A DNA stretch of 64,000 nt from Isurus oxyrinchus (Eukaryota), in assembly GCA_026770705.1 (NCBI GenBank), contig JANJGN010000004.1, positions 195,796,001-195,860,000 on the forward strand, read 5' to 3'. Numbering within the stretch: position 1 is the stretch's first letter; every line of letters begins with the position of its first letter. Below the pieces are notes generated by a model that worked only from the letters and a program-made list of their open reading frames with translations, had not been told where the DNA came from and made no database searches. Of the stretch, positions 62,872-64,000 are shown piece after piece. A program made the position numbers and the translations under genes.

Positions 62872-63066
62872 AGAGATAACAAAAAAAATGCAGATGCTGG
62901 AAATCCAAAACAAAACCAGAAACAGAAATACCTGGAAAAACTCAGCAGGTCTGGCAGCATTGGCTGAGAAGAGTCATCAAAGGACTCAAAACATCAACTG
63001 TGCTCTTCTCTGCCGATGCTGCCAGACCTGCTGAGTTTTTCCAGGTATTTCTGTTTCTGATTTTGT
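62872..63066. mobile_element. Fold-back Penelope pLTR-derived mini-element with perfect 14-bp TSD
   Basis: Inverted arms; CAAGGATTATCCTT at 62858-62871 and 63067-63080. Confidence 0.88.
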
Positions 63067-64000
63067 CAAGGATTATCCTTTCCTCACCACCATATGTACA
63101 CACTACCCCTCAGTCACATCTTCACATGTATCTGCACAAACTCGTCCACTGTTTGCTAGTGACATGAAATGCTGGATGAGCAGAAATTCTTAGCTGAAGC
63201 TATTGTTTTCAGTGCCTGATCTGAAAAATTTCCTAGCTACCAATCCTCCTGGGGAGGAGACCCAAATTACTGTTTGCAACCATCATACCTGATATGAGTT
63301 TTTGAACACTCATTCAAGGTGCGATGTCAAACCTACTTCCATTACTGGCAGATACTAAGCTCCCACTGGAGATAAGGAGACAGCTACAGTTCAGCACAGG
63401 TAGATTACCACAACCCAGCTATGGTTCCTGCACTATTAAGTGCAGTGTTACTAGTGGAAAGGTTTCCAGTTATTCAATGTGATAGACACAGCCTACAAGA
63501 TAGAGGTCAGTTAAGGCTTAAACTGCTAATACAATAGCAAAATACCACAAATGCTGGAAATTTGGAACAAAATGGTGGAAAAACGAGCATCATCTGTGGA
63601 GGGAGGGTTAACCACATGCTTCAGGACTACTAGAGCCCTAGGCCAACAGGTTTTTAAAACATTTGCCAGTAATGTTTGAGTCACCAATATCAGCTTTTGA
63701 ATCTAAATTGGAATTGGATTGAGACTAGAAACACACAGTCTCAGAACATAGCTGGGGGTTGGTTTATTAATGCTGTAGGGTGGAAGTGACTAACACTTGG
63801 AAAATTGAAATTTGGGCTACAGTAAACAGCTGGAGTGTTTAATTGGCTATTTTTTTTCTGAAAGATAAAAATCATGATGGTCATAAGATTCTATGACAGA
63901 ACTGGCAAGCATCACCATCAAAGTGAAAGGATTCTCCATTTAGGCCAGGATGCTTGAACCCAGTGACATGCAGTCAGCCATCGATTAATGGTTCTAGGTA

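Noticed and set aside
1-64000. Prokaryotic systems (CRISPR arrays, operons, defence islands), rRNA or tRNA genes
   Set aside because: The DNA is intron-containing vertebrate sequence. I saw no regularly spaced repeats, and the tRNA-like boxes belong to decayed SINE heads.

Overview
Eukaryotic, CpG-depleted, repeat-dense vertebrate DNA. The CR1, Penelope-like and tRNA-SINE repertoire suggests a cartilaginous fish (shark); this is an inference. The window holds the complete coding region of a Disabled-2 (DAB2) clathrin-adaptor gene on the minus strand. I reconstructed 13 coding exons by hand (44745 to 17421), all with GT-AG junctions and compatible phases, totalling 2181 nt (726 aa + stop). There is also a 3'-UTR-only last exon (16694 to ~15230) and a candidate TATA/Inr first exon with a palindromic GATA pair (46409-46572). 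Most of the rest is decayed retroelements: several CR1/LINE families, a Gypsy LTR element nested in a CR1, tRNA-SINEs and two Penelope-like (GIY-YIG) families. The most unusual signal is a set of Penelope-derived fold-back elements. They have 12-16-bp (mostly 14-bp) target-site duplications and minimal dimer-type hammerhead-ribozyme motifs, including a non-canonical core variant and one insertion into the family's own ribozyme. All ribozyme copies seen here are mutated, so activity is unproven. I cannot claim a securely novel biological system; repeat boundaries are approximate.
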